Source: Balanoglossus misakiensis
Taxonomy: Eukaryota > Animalia > Hemichordata
Length of the DNA stretch: 64,000 nt
NCBI GenBank assembly: GCA_040954595.2
Contig: CM082592.2
Coordinates: 11,168,017 to 11,232,016 of the forward strand
Direction of reading: 5' to 3'
Shown here piece by piece: positions 1 through 12,400 of the stretch (positions are counted from its first letter, which is position 1; each line of letters opens with the position of its first letter). The position numbers and the translations under genes are program-made. Under the pieces are notes generated by a model. The model made no database searches, had not been told where the DNA came from, and worked only from the letters and a program-made list of their open reading frames with translations.

Positions 1-1392
1 ATATCTTTCACCACTTAAGAACTTGGAGCTTATACCATCAAAATGACCGTCAAAGGGCTAATGAGACTGTCGATGGAAAGGTAAAATTGATTTTTTTTCT
101 AGACGAGAAGTTCAGTAACCTCAATTTACTGGTACCTGCCTATCTCTCTCAATCATAAAAATAATGGATCAATGCTGAAACATTAAAGAATCTTGGCTGT
201 CTAACTAGAAACCTTAATGGGTTTACAAACAAAGATCAATTAAAGATAGCAGAGACTATCTGACTTCCTATTATGTAAACAAATATTGTAATTGATTAGT
301 GACATGGCCATATCTTCAGCCTTCTACTTCTAGGTGTTTCCATTTCCTTGACAATAAGGACACCTCCAGAAATAATCTGATTTTTTCACTCCCATTTGAC
401 ATTGGAAATTCAATTGTCCTGTTTTTGTCTTTGCTTTAATACAGACTATATTGATCTGATCATAAGTCTGGGGTACCCCTAAAACCACTAGGCCACAATG
501 ACTCCTAGTTCTAACCTCAAGTAAACCCTGCTTGCATTTTCAGAGACAAGTGCTATAAAATGATGCCTTGCATGGGTTAATAATGGTCAGCTACTAGCTT
601 GTCAAAACTACCCTACCATGTAATTTTCATTTAGTGGAGCATTAGAAAATGTCCTAATTAGACCAAATGATTGGCCAATTTGGAGATTCGTGGACAATTT
701 ATCATGATCAAAATACGCTACAAAGCTTCCCATTCAGGCCTGCCATTATGGTAACTAACCTATGTCTTTTTAGAAGGTGATAGGGTCAGTTAAGCAAACA
801 ACTTGTACTGATGTCAGTTTTTTACTAAATGACTACCGTAATAAACTAAGGACCATTCTTATTCTTTGAAACTCCAGTTACTTGACAAGTCATCGATGGC
901 TTTTTTTTAAATCACACTTTCTCAAGTTAGGAATGCCTTGCTTCATTTCCTACATTCTTACACTTAGCACTCATTGTCTGGTTATGTGGTTGTGGTCCAT
1001 TGTCGGTGACATCACCAGCGTGGAGTGAATGACCATGTTTTATATTAGTCTACACACAATCCTGTCTGGGAAGACCAAACCTTTTACTGTCAACTCTCAA
1101 ATCACCCATCTTGCAGCCTCAATCACCCCCCCCCCCCCCCAATATGCATGAATTTTTCAATTTTACATCTCAAGTTTCTTTCTTTAAAAAAAAAGATTAA
1201 TTGACACCTCTGGTCTTGAATTCTTTCGTTAGATTAGAAATAGTTCTGAAAATAGATTGGTGTAACAGTATTAAGTTAGGTGCTACTATAAAAGAAAGCT
1301 AAACAATTGTGTGTTTTGAGTATTTAAGTATGTATGTACCCTACTTGATGAAAGACTGTATTGTTGGTTAGTTTGTCTAGATTTATTTTTAC

Positions 1393-2472
1393 CTGTATTT
1401 TCCCCTGTCCCTTCTTTATGCCTGCTTCCATAGCAAAGTGGAAAGCAGCCAAGCTTTGGGCTTCTTTCCGTTCACATGTCAACAGGGGCACCAGTCTCTT
1501 CAGCCAATCTTCAGTTCGTCCCTGGGCATGGTCTCTATTGCTCTTTGCAAATTCGGCCGGATCATGAGAGTTGATGAAGGGTTCAATTAAATCCAGCGTT
1601 CCCGAGCTGACAACCGCTTTTTGCACATCTTTATTGGCAGCGAGGAGAGCAATCGCGAGACATGCATAGTATTTAATGTTGTCGTCTTTGCTGAAAGCGA
1701 GTGGGAATAACCATTCTGGGGCATGGTGCTCTATCATTCTCTGTTGGTTCACAGGACCACCATACATAGCACAATTGGCCAAAGCAGAGGCACAGTGTCT
1801 CAGCACTGTGTTATCACTTAGTCTACAAGAGTACAGAACAGCTTGCAAACCACCAAGATCTATAACTTTGGAGCAAGTATCCTCATTGTGTTTGAACATA
1901 CTTTCCAAGATTCCTGTTCCAATTTGCATCAGTAATAATTCCTGGCGAGAACATGCTAGCCGAACAACAGATTCAAGGCCTACTCTGGCAACGTGATCAC
2001 GATTTTCTCTGATCAAAACCTGCTCCAACAACTGAGCTGAATTGGTTTTTAGGGCTTTATTTTCCGATCTGCAATTCTGTAGCAATATATCCAGGCCTCC
2101 TTCAATTCGTAGAGTATTACACAAATCGTGGGCCATATCACGGCCATGTATTGGTGTCACCCAGGCACTGTCGACTTGCTCAAATAATCCTTTGGTTGCA
2201 TCTATGACTACGTTGACATCATCTTGTTTCAACGCCGAAATCAGTTCTTCTACCTTCTCGTGCACCGTTTGCACTTTTATCTCCGCTTCTCTTTGTATCT
2301 CTGCCCTGGTATCCATGTCGATATCAGCAGACGACATTTTCTTCAGCTTTGATACCTTTCGTTCAGTTATGGTGATCGAGTGCCCACCATTGCTCGACGA
2401 TGACCTTTCCACACTGGTTGTCGTGTGATAAAACGAAGAAGCACCTTCTTTTGTTGCTGTAAGGAGATTCAT
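1393..2472 (-). CDS. SARM1: SARM1 (NAD+ hydrolase/TIR adaptor): large exon encoding the N-terminus and ARM domain; gene continues leftward out of the window
   Basis: The ORF has SARM1 ARM motifs AWVTPIHGR, GGLDILL, LLEQVLIRENRDHVAR, MFKH, LRHCASALANCAMYGG, EWLFPLAFSKDD, YACLA, QGR and AFHFAMEAGIK. The exon ends at CAG|GTAAAA (1393/1392). There is an in-frame stop ~12 codons upstream of the ATG at 2472. SAM and TIR exons were not found in the window. Confidence 0.95.
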
Positions 2473-3540
2473 TTTGTCGACTGCTGTCGCGCGTACAGTT
2501 AAAAATTAAACTTTTCCAACAACTGTGCAATTGACAACTCCCGATTGGCGTTGATCTGAACAGTACGGTCAGACTTCGACAGCTTAACTCACGCACCGGG
2601 TTCCCTCAGGATTTCAATAAAACAGTCAGCTACTCTCAACGTCATTGAAAGGGAATATGCACATACCATTCAATAAAAATAATCAAATATTAATAGCCCT
2701 GTCAGTTATAGTGTTTTGGGACGCCTCCAGATACCAAAAAGACCAACCTGTGATCAGCGGGCATCAGATTTCCAGGATCGGTTACTGCTGCGGATGTTTT
2801 CTGGCCACGCAAATTTATGAGCATGAATTAGTAATGAATGTGCTTCACGTCGGATGATGGGGGATGATGATGCCGGGCAAAAATGCAAATTTGCTCTCCT
2901 TCTGAAATGTGCTATTTTTCCTTCCTTGCCGTTGAAGTTGGTCCAAACAATCTATACCTTCCTGTTCAGAAGATATACGCGATACAGAAAGTTTTAACAG
3001 AAAAATTCCCCCTTTTCTCCCACTCGTTGGCGATGATGACAAACTTCCTCCGAAATCGACTTGTGAAAGAGAAATCTACATCTTTGGTTAGCCCGCCCTC
3101 AACGGTCACCTTACCGGAAGAGATTCCCAATATCGAACAACAGAAAATCACTACACAGTACACACGATGTACATTTCTGGGCCCTAAACGAACAGTTCTA
3201 ATGACCAGAAACCCCGAGACGGTGTTTAGAAGTTAAGGCAGGCACAAAACCATCTATCTCACACCGTAAAATCACAGAGGTACACAAGGTAAGCTTATAA
3301 TTTCTGTTTTAAGTACCCATGTCATGATCGTGGTTCATTGAAAGATGAAGGACATATTTCACGCACTATAAATGCTCAGAGTTGGAACAATGAAGGCCAT
3401 TCGTATTAAACTATTAAAAGGAATTTCCTTATTTCAGCCATGTAACGGGAAAATTTGGGTTGAAAAGTTTAACATAAGAGCTGTGTAAATGCAGTAAAAC
3501 TGGTCGCCTGGTCAGTTGTCGAGAATACATGTAGAATACA

Positions 3541-3557
3541 ATTGCATTCTGGGTAGT
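3541..3557 (-). promoter_or_regulatory. ZNF143/Staf-like site in the first (5'UTR) intron of the HCFC1R1/CCDC117-like gene
   Basis: The minus strand reads ACTACCCAGAATGCAAT, matching the Staf/ZNF143 consensus (TACCCAnAATGCA). Motif match only. Confidence 0.45.
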
Positions 3558-3796
3558 GTGTGTACATGCATTATTGGTAATGTTGAAGTTGTTAGATTTT
3601 GTTTCTGCTGCTTTTTATTCAGTCACTTACATCAAGGAAAGAGAAGACCCTCATCTTGATCACTGTTCCTTTAATCCTTGGAAAAGTGGCCACTGAAAGC
3701 AGAACAGTGTAAACAGAGGACCATTATAAATTCCTGAAGAAAACAGCTAGGCAGTTGCCAGAGTTGTACCATTGAAATAACAGAGACCTTACAACC

Positions 3797-5326
3797 ATGG
3801 CAGCATTCAGTCCTTTAAAACTCAGGTATAGTATATTCTGGATGCCTCACCTACTTAATGTACATGTAATTGACCTCCAGGTACTTGTGCTTACTGAAGC
3901 AAATATTGATCATATTTATTGATTTACCACCTCATGTATTCAGTTAGTATGTCTTGAACTTTAATTTTAAATATCCACATTTCATTCTTAAAACAGAGGT
4001 CACAGTGCAAGGAAGGTACCTCCACTTGACAGAAAAAATCGAAGGTCTCCAGTTAAAAGGCACAGAACACCTGCAGAAGATGAGTAAGTTATGGCCATAG
4101 GACATTCATCATTCTTGTTCAGTTCATGGTGACATGAGGACTTCCTTTGAATCACTCCCCATTTCACTCATAATTCAAGGTATCAATGCAATATATATTC
4201 TCCCCTTGACAGCCCTGAGCCCACAACCAAACACTTCATGACAGAAGAGAAGATGGCGATCAGACTTGGTCAGCTGTCAATCAGCAATGATCACAGTTAC
4301 ACACGTCAAGATGGATTCCATCCTCTAGCCAAACCAAATTTTGCTTCATTTCATGAACTAGAGAGAAGGTAGGATTTGTAACCTGTTTGCAACATTAAAT
4401 CTAAATTCACGACACTGCAGTGCATATAGTGTAACTAAGTTACTTTGAGTGATGTGTGAATTTGCTTTATTTTAATACTAGATTGAACGATTCATCAGAT
4501 GAGGAAAGTGATGAGGAGACAGGACCCACCTCAAAGGAAGTTACCGTGGAGATTACTCCAGAGTTGAAGAACTACCTTAAAAGAGAACAGTCTGTGCTGC
4601 CGGACAGCATCACAAAGAAATTGTAAGTGTCAATGCCAGTAGTATGTGTGATGTTTCATATTGTAACTATGCTCTAGAGGGCGCTGTTCAAGTAAATGGA
4701 CAAAATGTTTTTTTCTTCTTCTTTCTAGAAACAAGCCATGCACAGCTGTTATGTTGTGGTCTCCCCCTCCGATTGTTATTGATGGTGAAGTGAACTCTGT
4801 GTGGAAAGGAGGTGGCTCATCTGTTGCCAAGGAAGATGAAGACAGCTGTTCAAGTGAAAACAATGTTGCCAGTGTGGAAATGGACAGTGACGACAGTGGA
4901 CAGGGTGTTAGGGAACAATTTCCAAGAAATGGCATTGATATGTTTGCAGGCAGAAATGGTGTACGGACGGTCGGTCAGGATGACATAGAGGTTCTTTCCC
5001 AAGGAATTGACATTAGTGAAGATGATGGGGTTCAAATAGATGATATTGATAGTATACCAGATGGCGTTGTAAGCCACGATAGCGCTGTGCATTTAGCCAG
5101 CAGATCACCTCATAACAATGCCTGGCGCATTCCCAGGAATCTCATGATGGCCGCCAGTCAACTTGTAGACAATAACAATGATCCGGGTGCCGTTGACATT
5201 GAGGGAATGAACAATCATCTTCAGAGGCGAGTTCCGGGAATGTTGCCTCAATTCCGTAATGGACAAGTGGTGGGATTAGGTGCTAATGTAGCATTTGATA
5301 ATATGGATGATGACATTGACCTTTGA
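3797..5326 (+). CDS. HCFC1R1 (HPIP)/CCDC117-like protein
   Basis: Exons 3797-3825, 3997-4083, 4213-4368, 4482-4622 and 4729-5326 are all GT-AG and join in frame. The protein contains TKHFMTEEKMAIRLGQLSISNDHSY (HPIP-like, with a DHxY HCF-binding motif), FHELERRLNDSSDEESDEE...LKREQSVLPDSITKKLNKPCTAVMLWSP (CCDC117-like) and the C-terminus DDDIDL. A probable non-coding first exon ends at AAG|GTAAGC (3288). Confidence 0.8.
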
Positions 5327-8150
5327 CATGTCAGTCTTGGCATACAGAATAGAATATGTGTAAGGTCTTTTGATGCCTGATGACAGTTGCCTGTCCTCCC
5401 TTCTGCTGTGGTCATGGCGTGTTGTCTTGTGGGAATGTGAGGGTGCTCAGAGTGCCATGACAATAGATAAGCTAAGGTCAATGTAATAATTCTATGGACA
5501 TCAAATTCATATATTTTCAATATTATTGTCCCCACACCAGCATTTCTTATGTTTACCGTTGATGGCGCTGTAATAGATCACTTGGTATACTAGTACACAT
5601 ACGCAGTAAATTTTGGTTCAGGCCCCTTTTAACGTAATAACACAAATGACTTGTAAGAAGAGAGATATCTGGTTTTATCATGCTGACCAATGAGTTAATT
5701 ATTTTTATTTTGGACTGTGTTTGTCCACAGTACTGTTTTATTTAATCTGTTTTGTTTCATTTTATTTAAAGGCCTAATAAAACCCAGATGTTACTTTTCA
5801 TTGCTTTTATTCAATATCCAATTGATGAATTGATCTTTAAAACATCTGCATGCCATTATTTCTGCATGAACACATATAGTCAGTTTTACTTCCACAGCCA
5901 GCTTGGCTGTAAGCCTTTTATCTGATGTAAATAAAGTGGTTATCTGAATATATATGAGTCCAAGTACAAGTTCAAACACGACTTGTTCGGTGCCTTCAAT
6001 TAGTTTTCATTGTTCTGATATGATATCGTGATATCAGGTTGCTATCATGGATGATACCATACCAAACTTCTTATTTATATTTCAGAGCCCACTACACTAC
6101 TCATCTCACATCTGTATCAAGTTGAAATAGATTCTGCCAACTTGGACTGCAGTGCCCTGTATTGCTGACCTGATATGAAATTGAGTACATGTACTGTACA
6201 TGGCTTGGTGACAAAATGGTAAATGTTGACCTGGACAGTAAAAAATAGATACACCATATTTAAAGTACAATAGTTTGGTTGCCAAGCTGTCATATTTATC
6301 ATGTTAATATTCAAATTTATCATCAGTCTGGTCAAAAGGATATTTATCGACAGATGTTTTCATGAAAAGGGCCACACTTGAGTAATTAATCTTTTATCTA
6401 GAATTGAGATATTTGTATTTGAAGGCTGTTCAGCACCAGAATATCTGAACAATGTAACACATCAAATGACGATGCATTGTAATTCTGCCTGTAAGCCAAT
6501 GACAAGTTGAATTTTTTTTAATCATGTACACACATCCATTGTTTGATACTGGCATTGTTTGGTGAGGTCACTGGGTCAAATGCAACATAAAGACATATGT
6601 ACTGCTTTGCGTGTAATTGCTGCCCTGTGAATCCTGAATGGTCAACCAGGGGCTCAAACACGCAAGCAGCACTTACTCAGTTACTGTTGAATGTTCCAGT
6701 GCTTGTGGCATATTTTTGACAAACACTTTTAAAGACATATAATGAGTGACAGATGTCACACCATCAGGTTACCATATACACAAGGGCTGTCCTGAAATAA
6801 ATCCTGCAAAAAGTACCATACGGTTCACCTGAAAGTACGGATATCATTTCAATGGATTACAAAGACTTACTCCAGGTGTTATGGGCATTGATCAGGGGCT
6901 ATGATTTATTGTCTACAATGTATAACACAGAAGTCATAATTCCTGTTATAAAAATAGCGCAATTTCATGCTTATTTATTTACTTATTTACAGAAAATACA
7001 ACTCTTTCTGCTTTCTCACAGGTTTCCATGGCATTAAAACATCATAAGATTAGTTTGTGCGCCTGTAAACAGTGTAATGACTGATACTAGTCAAGAAAAC
7101 ATTCTTTTATTGACTGTTTTGGGCTGCTCATACAGAAAACTAAATGTGAGTAACTACTGTTCTTCTATTTATAGTAGCTTGGAGCTTCAAATATGAAAAC
7201 AGTTGTATTTACCAAAGGCTTATAAAAATACCACTGGAGTGTGTGTAGGCTTTGCTACTGGCAGCATTTGGCCGTATGCAAATTCAGTTGTTATGACAGC
7301 ACATGGTTGTACCAGACAACTCTGTTGTTTAGATTCTGAGAGCTTAAGTCCTTTTCACATGAATTCAACATTTCAATAGACGGCGGTCGCCTTTTGACAC
7401 CATTTTCCACTTTGTAAAAGACACAGTCAGTTATGTACTGGTGTACCTGCAGCAAATGTGCTGAATTATTGATTATTAATCTAAACAATACTGAGGTGTG
7501 AAACTTTTATGATATGGCAGCATTATTTTTGAGCACTATATCACAATTATAAGCTGTCATATTCACAAGGAGAGAGAGCAGTAATCTGACGAGTAGCATT
7601 TCAGTTTCCTCATGGCCCTTCAGTGTATTGATACTGGCATGGCATGTTTGTTAGGTACATGAAAGTATGGTGGGTGGGGACTGGCAGTGGTTGTTGGGTA
7701 AATGGTTGGGTTATGGGTAAATGATGGGTAACAATGCTGTAAAGGCTGGCACTAAAACAACACCTGAGCTCAGACACCTCACTCAAGGAATGTAGACTGA
7801 TGTCTACTCAACTGAAAAAAATAATTTCTGACTGACTGCCAGGAACTACTATCAAAACGGCACACATTATAAATATGTTCATCAGGGAAAGTGTATTTGC
7901 CATTTCAGCTTGTCAAAACACTTGTTATATAATATCTACATAATTATTGAACCAGTAAGCTTGTATGAAGATATGAAAGGTTTACCTCCATATGCTTTAT
8001 AATATTTAATTAAACATGTAATGTGTGTGTGCAAATGAAATTAAAAGCCTTCCTGTCAAAATGTTACATAACCAGAAACAACTTAGTGTAATTAAAATAA
8101 AAATTCCTGTCATATTGGCTAAGAAAATGACACACTGCGACCGCCAACTC

Positions 8151-8725
8151 CTATGAATGAGGTCCTTTCCTTGTTCTGCTGTGACTTCTACCACTGCCAT
8201 TGCCAACAGCTGGATTCAGGTGACTGTTCAGTTCTCCTGCTTGACCACGGTAGCTGACCTGAGTAGTGTTTGGACTGAGATGGCGCGAACTTTTGCACAT
8301 ACTTTTAATCACCTGTAGAATGGCATGTGGGCCAATATTCATCCTAATCATGTCAAGAATTATCCTGAAATAAAATGGTAAAGCTGAAATATTACTTTCA
8401 ACGTGTATCTCCATACACATCATTGATATACGGGTCTTAGGATCAGGTATACACTTATTTATAGTCTTCAGGCTTCTTGGCAGACAAGTATGTACATGCT
8501 CGGGCAGGGATTTTCCCTTTGTATTGTAATGTAATGTGATGTATCGCGGACACTGGAACAGATTTTGAAAACTTCTCACCTATAAATTTTCGGGCTCAAG
8601 GATATCCCAGCAAGCTGACAGAGTTCATACAAATCTTCTTCTTCTGAAGACAGAACACTTTTACTCTTCTTGGTCGTCACTGTGTACTTGTAATTCTGGG
8701 TTGGTACTCTGATTCCGCCGCTCAT
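8151..8725 (-). CDS. MZT2: MOZART2 / mitotic-spindle organizing protein 2 (gamma-TuRC subunit GCP8)
   Basis: Exons 8725-8580 and 8364-8151 give MSGGIRVPTQNYKYTVTTKKSKSVLSSEEEDLYELCQLAGISLSPKIYRIILDMIRMNIGPHAILQVIKSMC..., matching the MZT2 core (VLSxEExELYELxQxAG...ILxDLLKLNVxPxAVxQMLKSMC). A likely 5'UTR donor lies near 8952. Confidence 0.9.
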
Positions 8726-9089
8726 GATTGCTTCTTAAAAGATTTGGTTACATCTGAAACATGCGATGACGATTTTATGTCAAGTTATAACAATCAGTCA
8801 TGAAAATTTAGTGGGGTACCCCATCTGATACCTTTGTGTCGGTGGGTGACAGTGCTACTGTGTGATGTAAATGTTTACATTGTTATGATACTAACACGTC
8901 CGGTGCAGTCCACTACTGCAGTTACAAACGAACGATGCCAGTGTTAGCTCACCGATGTAAAAACTATCTAGGGTGAAGAAAAATCAACATAACTTGCTTT
9001 GCTTTGACCAAGATCACCGATCAGACAATAAATGCAAGCGAAAACATCTCACCTAACAGAATGACATAACTTGGCCTTCAGCAAGTTCA

Positions 9090-9400
9090 ATCAGCCGCCA
9101 TTACAGTGCAATGAATGCTGGGATTTGTCGAAAGACCCAGAAAAAAGTTCGGCAAGGACTGAGCAAATTTTTGAATTCATCCGCTTTATTGCTAAACGGC
9201 AATGATTTTTTACTTTGCCCCTTGAAACGAATTAAAATAGCATTATTGAGTTCTAATAATAATGACACGACCATTTTATAAGGAATTAAAAGATCCGGTG
9301 CAAGCTAAATGAAGAACTAATTTTGTTGTCGCGGCACATTAGATTTTTGAATATGTAGTGTGGTAGGTCGGCCATTTTGGTTTCGTCCCATCCATCCTGT
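9090..9400. promoter_or_regulatory. Bidirectional promoter between MZT2 and OSBP
   Basis: The divergent start codons are ~750 bp apart. There is a ZNF143-like motif at ~9108-9130 (minus: CAAATCCCAGCATTCATTGC), YY1-like GCCATTTTG at ~9371 and GCCGCCAT at ~9094. Confidence 0.5.
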
Positions 9401-9474
9401 TTCATTGACCGAGATAGGAAATTCTGGTTTTCTCCAAAAGTCAGTTCGTGATTGTGAGAAAATCACTTATGAAG

Positions 9475-12400
9475 ATGGCTGACGCCAAAAATTCTAATCC
9501 GGACAACTTTAAGGGTTGGCTTTACAAATGGACCAACTACATCAAAGGATACCAGCGGAGGTGGTTCGTTCTCTCCAATGGTTTGCTGTCGTACTACCGG
9601 TGAGTTCCACGTTGAATGCGGTGACGATTCGCACTGTCTGTCGTCAGGGCATGCAGCGATGCGCTCGTTTGTACACAGCATGGCAAATATTTACCAGAAA
9701 CATGCCACTTGCAAAGTCAAGCTTTAAAATTCGCCATTGCGTTCCTTTCCTCATTTGTACGTGGCTGTTTCTGGCTGTAAACACACTCTCACCGTGTTAC
9801 GTGCTGCATATGATAAGACGATATTCATCGGACGATCGGATGAGTGTCTTTCCAGCTGCCCTATATTTGCAACTGACGTCATTCTCGGAGTACTTTTTAG
9901 CATAGTTAAATTGTCCTTTTGACGAGAATGACAGGTTGTAAGTAGTTGGCCCCCCTTAAAATCGGCGAGCATAATTGTCACTGAAGTTTTCACCGTATTT
10001 TTGAAACGAACATTCTCAATGAAATATACATTATCTATAAAATAATTCGGATTTCCATTGCATTGGGTCTGTGCGCTTTCGACAAGGCATCAAAACTGTT
10101 TCCAAATTATAGCAGAAAGTGATGGCAGGCAATATTTGTTGACATTGACAACACAGGTGAGCTGAGTTCATGAACTATGACACTTGACACAATGTAAATC
10201 ATACTTTCTTTGATTTACACCCCATTGTCAACCCCCATTAACACCTTCTGGAGACAATAGCTGAGGAGTAACTGTCACCCAGTTCCTTGACCTGAAACCC
10301 CCTCAGCAACTGGCTGCAATAGTTTAGCCCAGAATCTAGTCTGCCTATCCTTGGCGTTGTCAAAAAAACTTTTTGGCTGAGCCAAGCAAGAACAGACAGA
10401 CTTAGTGTAAATACTAGAACTTAGTGCATATTATAACCATAGGTATTATGCACAAAGAGACAATAATTACTAAAATAGAATCTCAGGGAATGATTACCCA
10501 CACCGGTGTTGAGGCCTAGAACACTCAGTTTTCTTACATTTTCGTACATCTTGAATCACTACATCTTTATCATCTCATCAGGAGACACCCATTGCACACA
10601 AATCACTAATTTGTAGAAACTCCTTACTTTACAAAGTTATGGCACATTCTTGTTTGATTTTATTGGGTTCTATGGATCACCTGATGATGTCATTGAGTAC
10701 ACATGGTGTGAAGATAGTGATTGATGGTGGCACATCTCATCACCTGATGGATTAATAATTAAATAGAACAGAACTCTAACCACTTGGTAACGTTATCACT
10801 GGGGGGGGGGGGGCTGTATTGCCTCTGGGCTGAATCTGTTATATGTATCAGTAGGTCAGGCCATAGACCCTGTAGTGATGAGGTGGCAAAAGTACAGCAT
10901 CACCTTTGCAATGTTCTGTTGCATCATTCTGTAATTCATTTATCAGTTAGCATGACAAGGACCATGAAAGGGATCAATAACCCTTACTGTTAGGATAATG
11001 TGTAACCCAGAAATGACTTGAAATGTTTGGGTTTGAATCCTTTGACATAAATCACTGGTGATTATGGAAGATTAGGGTCATGTGAGGTTATGTAGAGGAG
11101 CAATCTGGGTGGTATACTGTCTGCCTCAATTTGGTGCTGTCTTCAATAACGGCTCAAGGGTCTGCCATGCTGTTAGGCATTGTCTGAAGTCAGTTGTCAG
11201 TCTGTCTGTCTGTCTTTCTGTCCATTTGGGTCTGATGTCATAATGCAATCATACCAGATGCTGATTGTATATGACAAATGTACACAAAACCATGAAGTAC
11301 ATTATCGCCTAAATGTCAAGCAGACATTTGAAGGAATTTGTGATTATCAAGCATGTATTTGATATGGATGTCTAGTCAGTTTCCAAATTTAGTTTTACTG
11401 CTTTTAATGTATCATGTCCTTATTCAGGACTAGCAGCAATCTCTGGGGTGTGTTGAAATGTAATACATAATCACCAAATCTTCTGACTTTCTCAGAAAAC
11501 AGGCACATTAAAGTGCTTAATTTTTGTAATCCCTTTCAATATTATATACTCTTTTTACCATTGTGTCAACAAATCCAAATCTGTCATGTCATCAGTTTCT
11601 TTGATTTTCAGTATTTTATAATAGTTCGATATTCCTCTCTCTTTTGCACATTGCAGTACCCAGGCTGAGATGGCCCACACCTGCCGTGGCACAATCAACT
11701 TGGCTGGTGCGTACATTGATACAGAAGACTCCTGCAACTTTGTGATATCCAGTGGTGCCCAGACGTTCCATCTCAAGGCAAGTTCAGAAGTGGAGCGGCA
11801 GCGTTGGGTGACCGCACTTGAACTCGCCAAAGCCAAAGCTATCCGCATGATGGAAGCTGCGTCAGGTATGTCAGTCTGTGTTATATTTGGGTTAGGATCG
11901 TCTCTCATAGTCTTCACCGTACTCAGTTATTGCAGAGTGGGTGTTGGGTAATCCATCAACAGAAAATGAGTGTTTCCTGGCAGACAGAGAAATGGAGATT
12001 AAGTCATTGCTCAAGAACTTTATCCACCCACTCAAGGTATCTGAAAATTTTATAACACAAAGGCTAACTGTGTCTGGGCTGATGTTTCATCTTGTTTAGA
12101 AAACTGGCATTGTACATTTTCTTCTTTGGACTAAGAATCATTTCATGCTTATTTCTCACTTATTATGGAGACAATATTGATACAGGAAAACTCTGGTGAT
12201 TTGTCCATTTCACTTGAATGTAATTTGTTAAGTGCCAAGCTAAGCAAGACTCGCCTGTGCATTACAATTTAGACGTCAATGTTTTGATTGCAAGGGAAAA
12301 AATCAATGGTAGAGCTATTGACTTTTATGTCATGGTAATCCTCAATTGCATTGAAAGAGAATTTACTATTGTTGTCAACGCGTCCGATATATTGACATAT

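Noticed and set aside
1-1392. Further SARM1 exons (SAM/TIR)
   Set aside because: No recognisable SAM or TIR coding sequence was seen, so the region is treated as intron.
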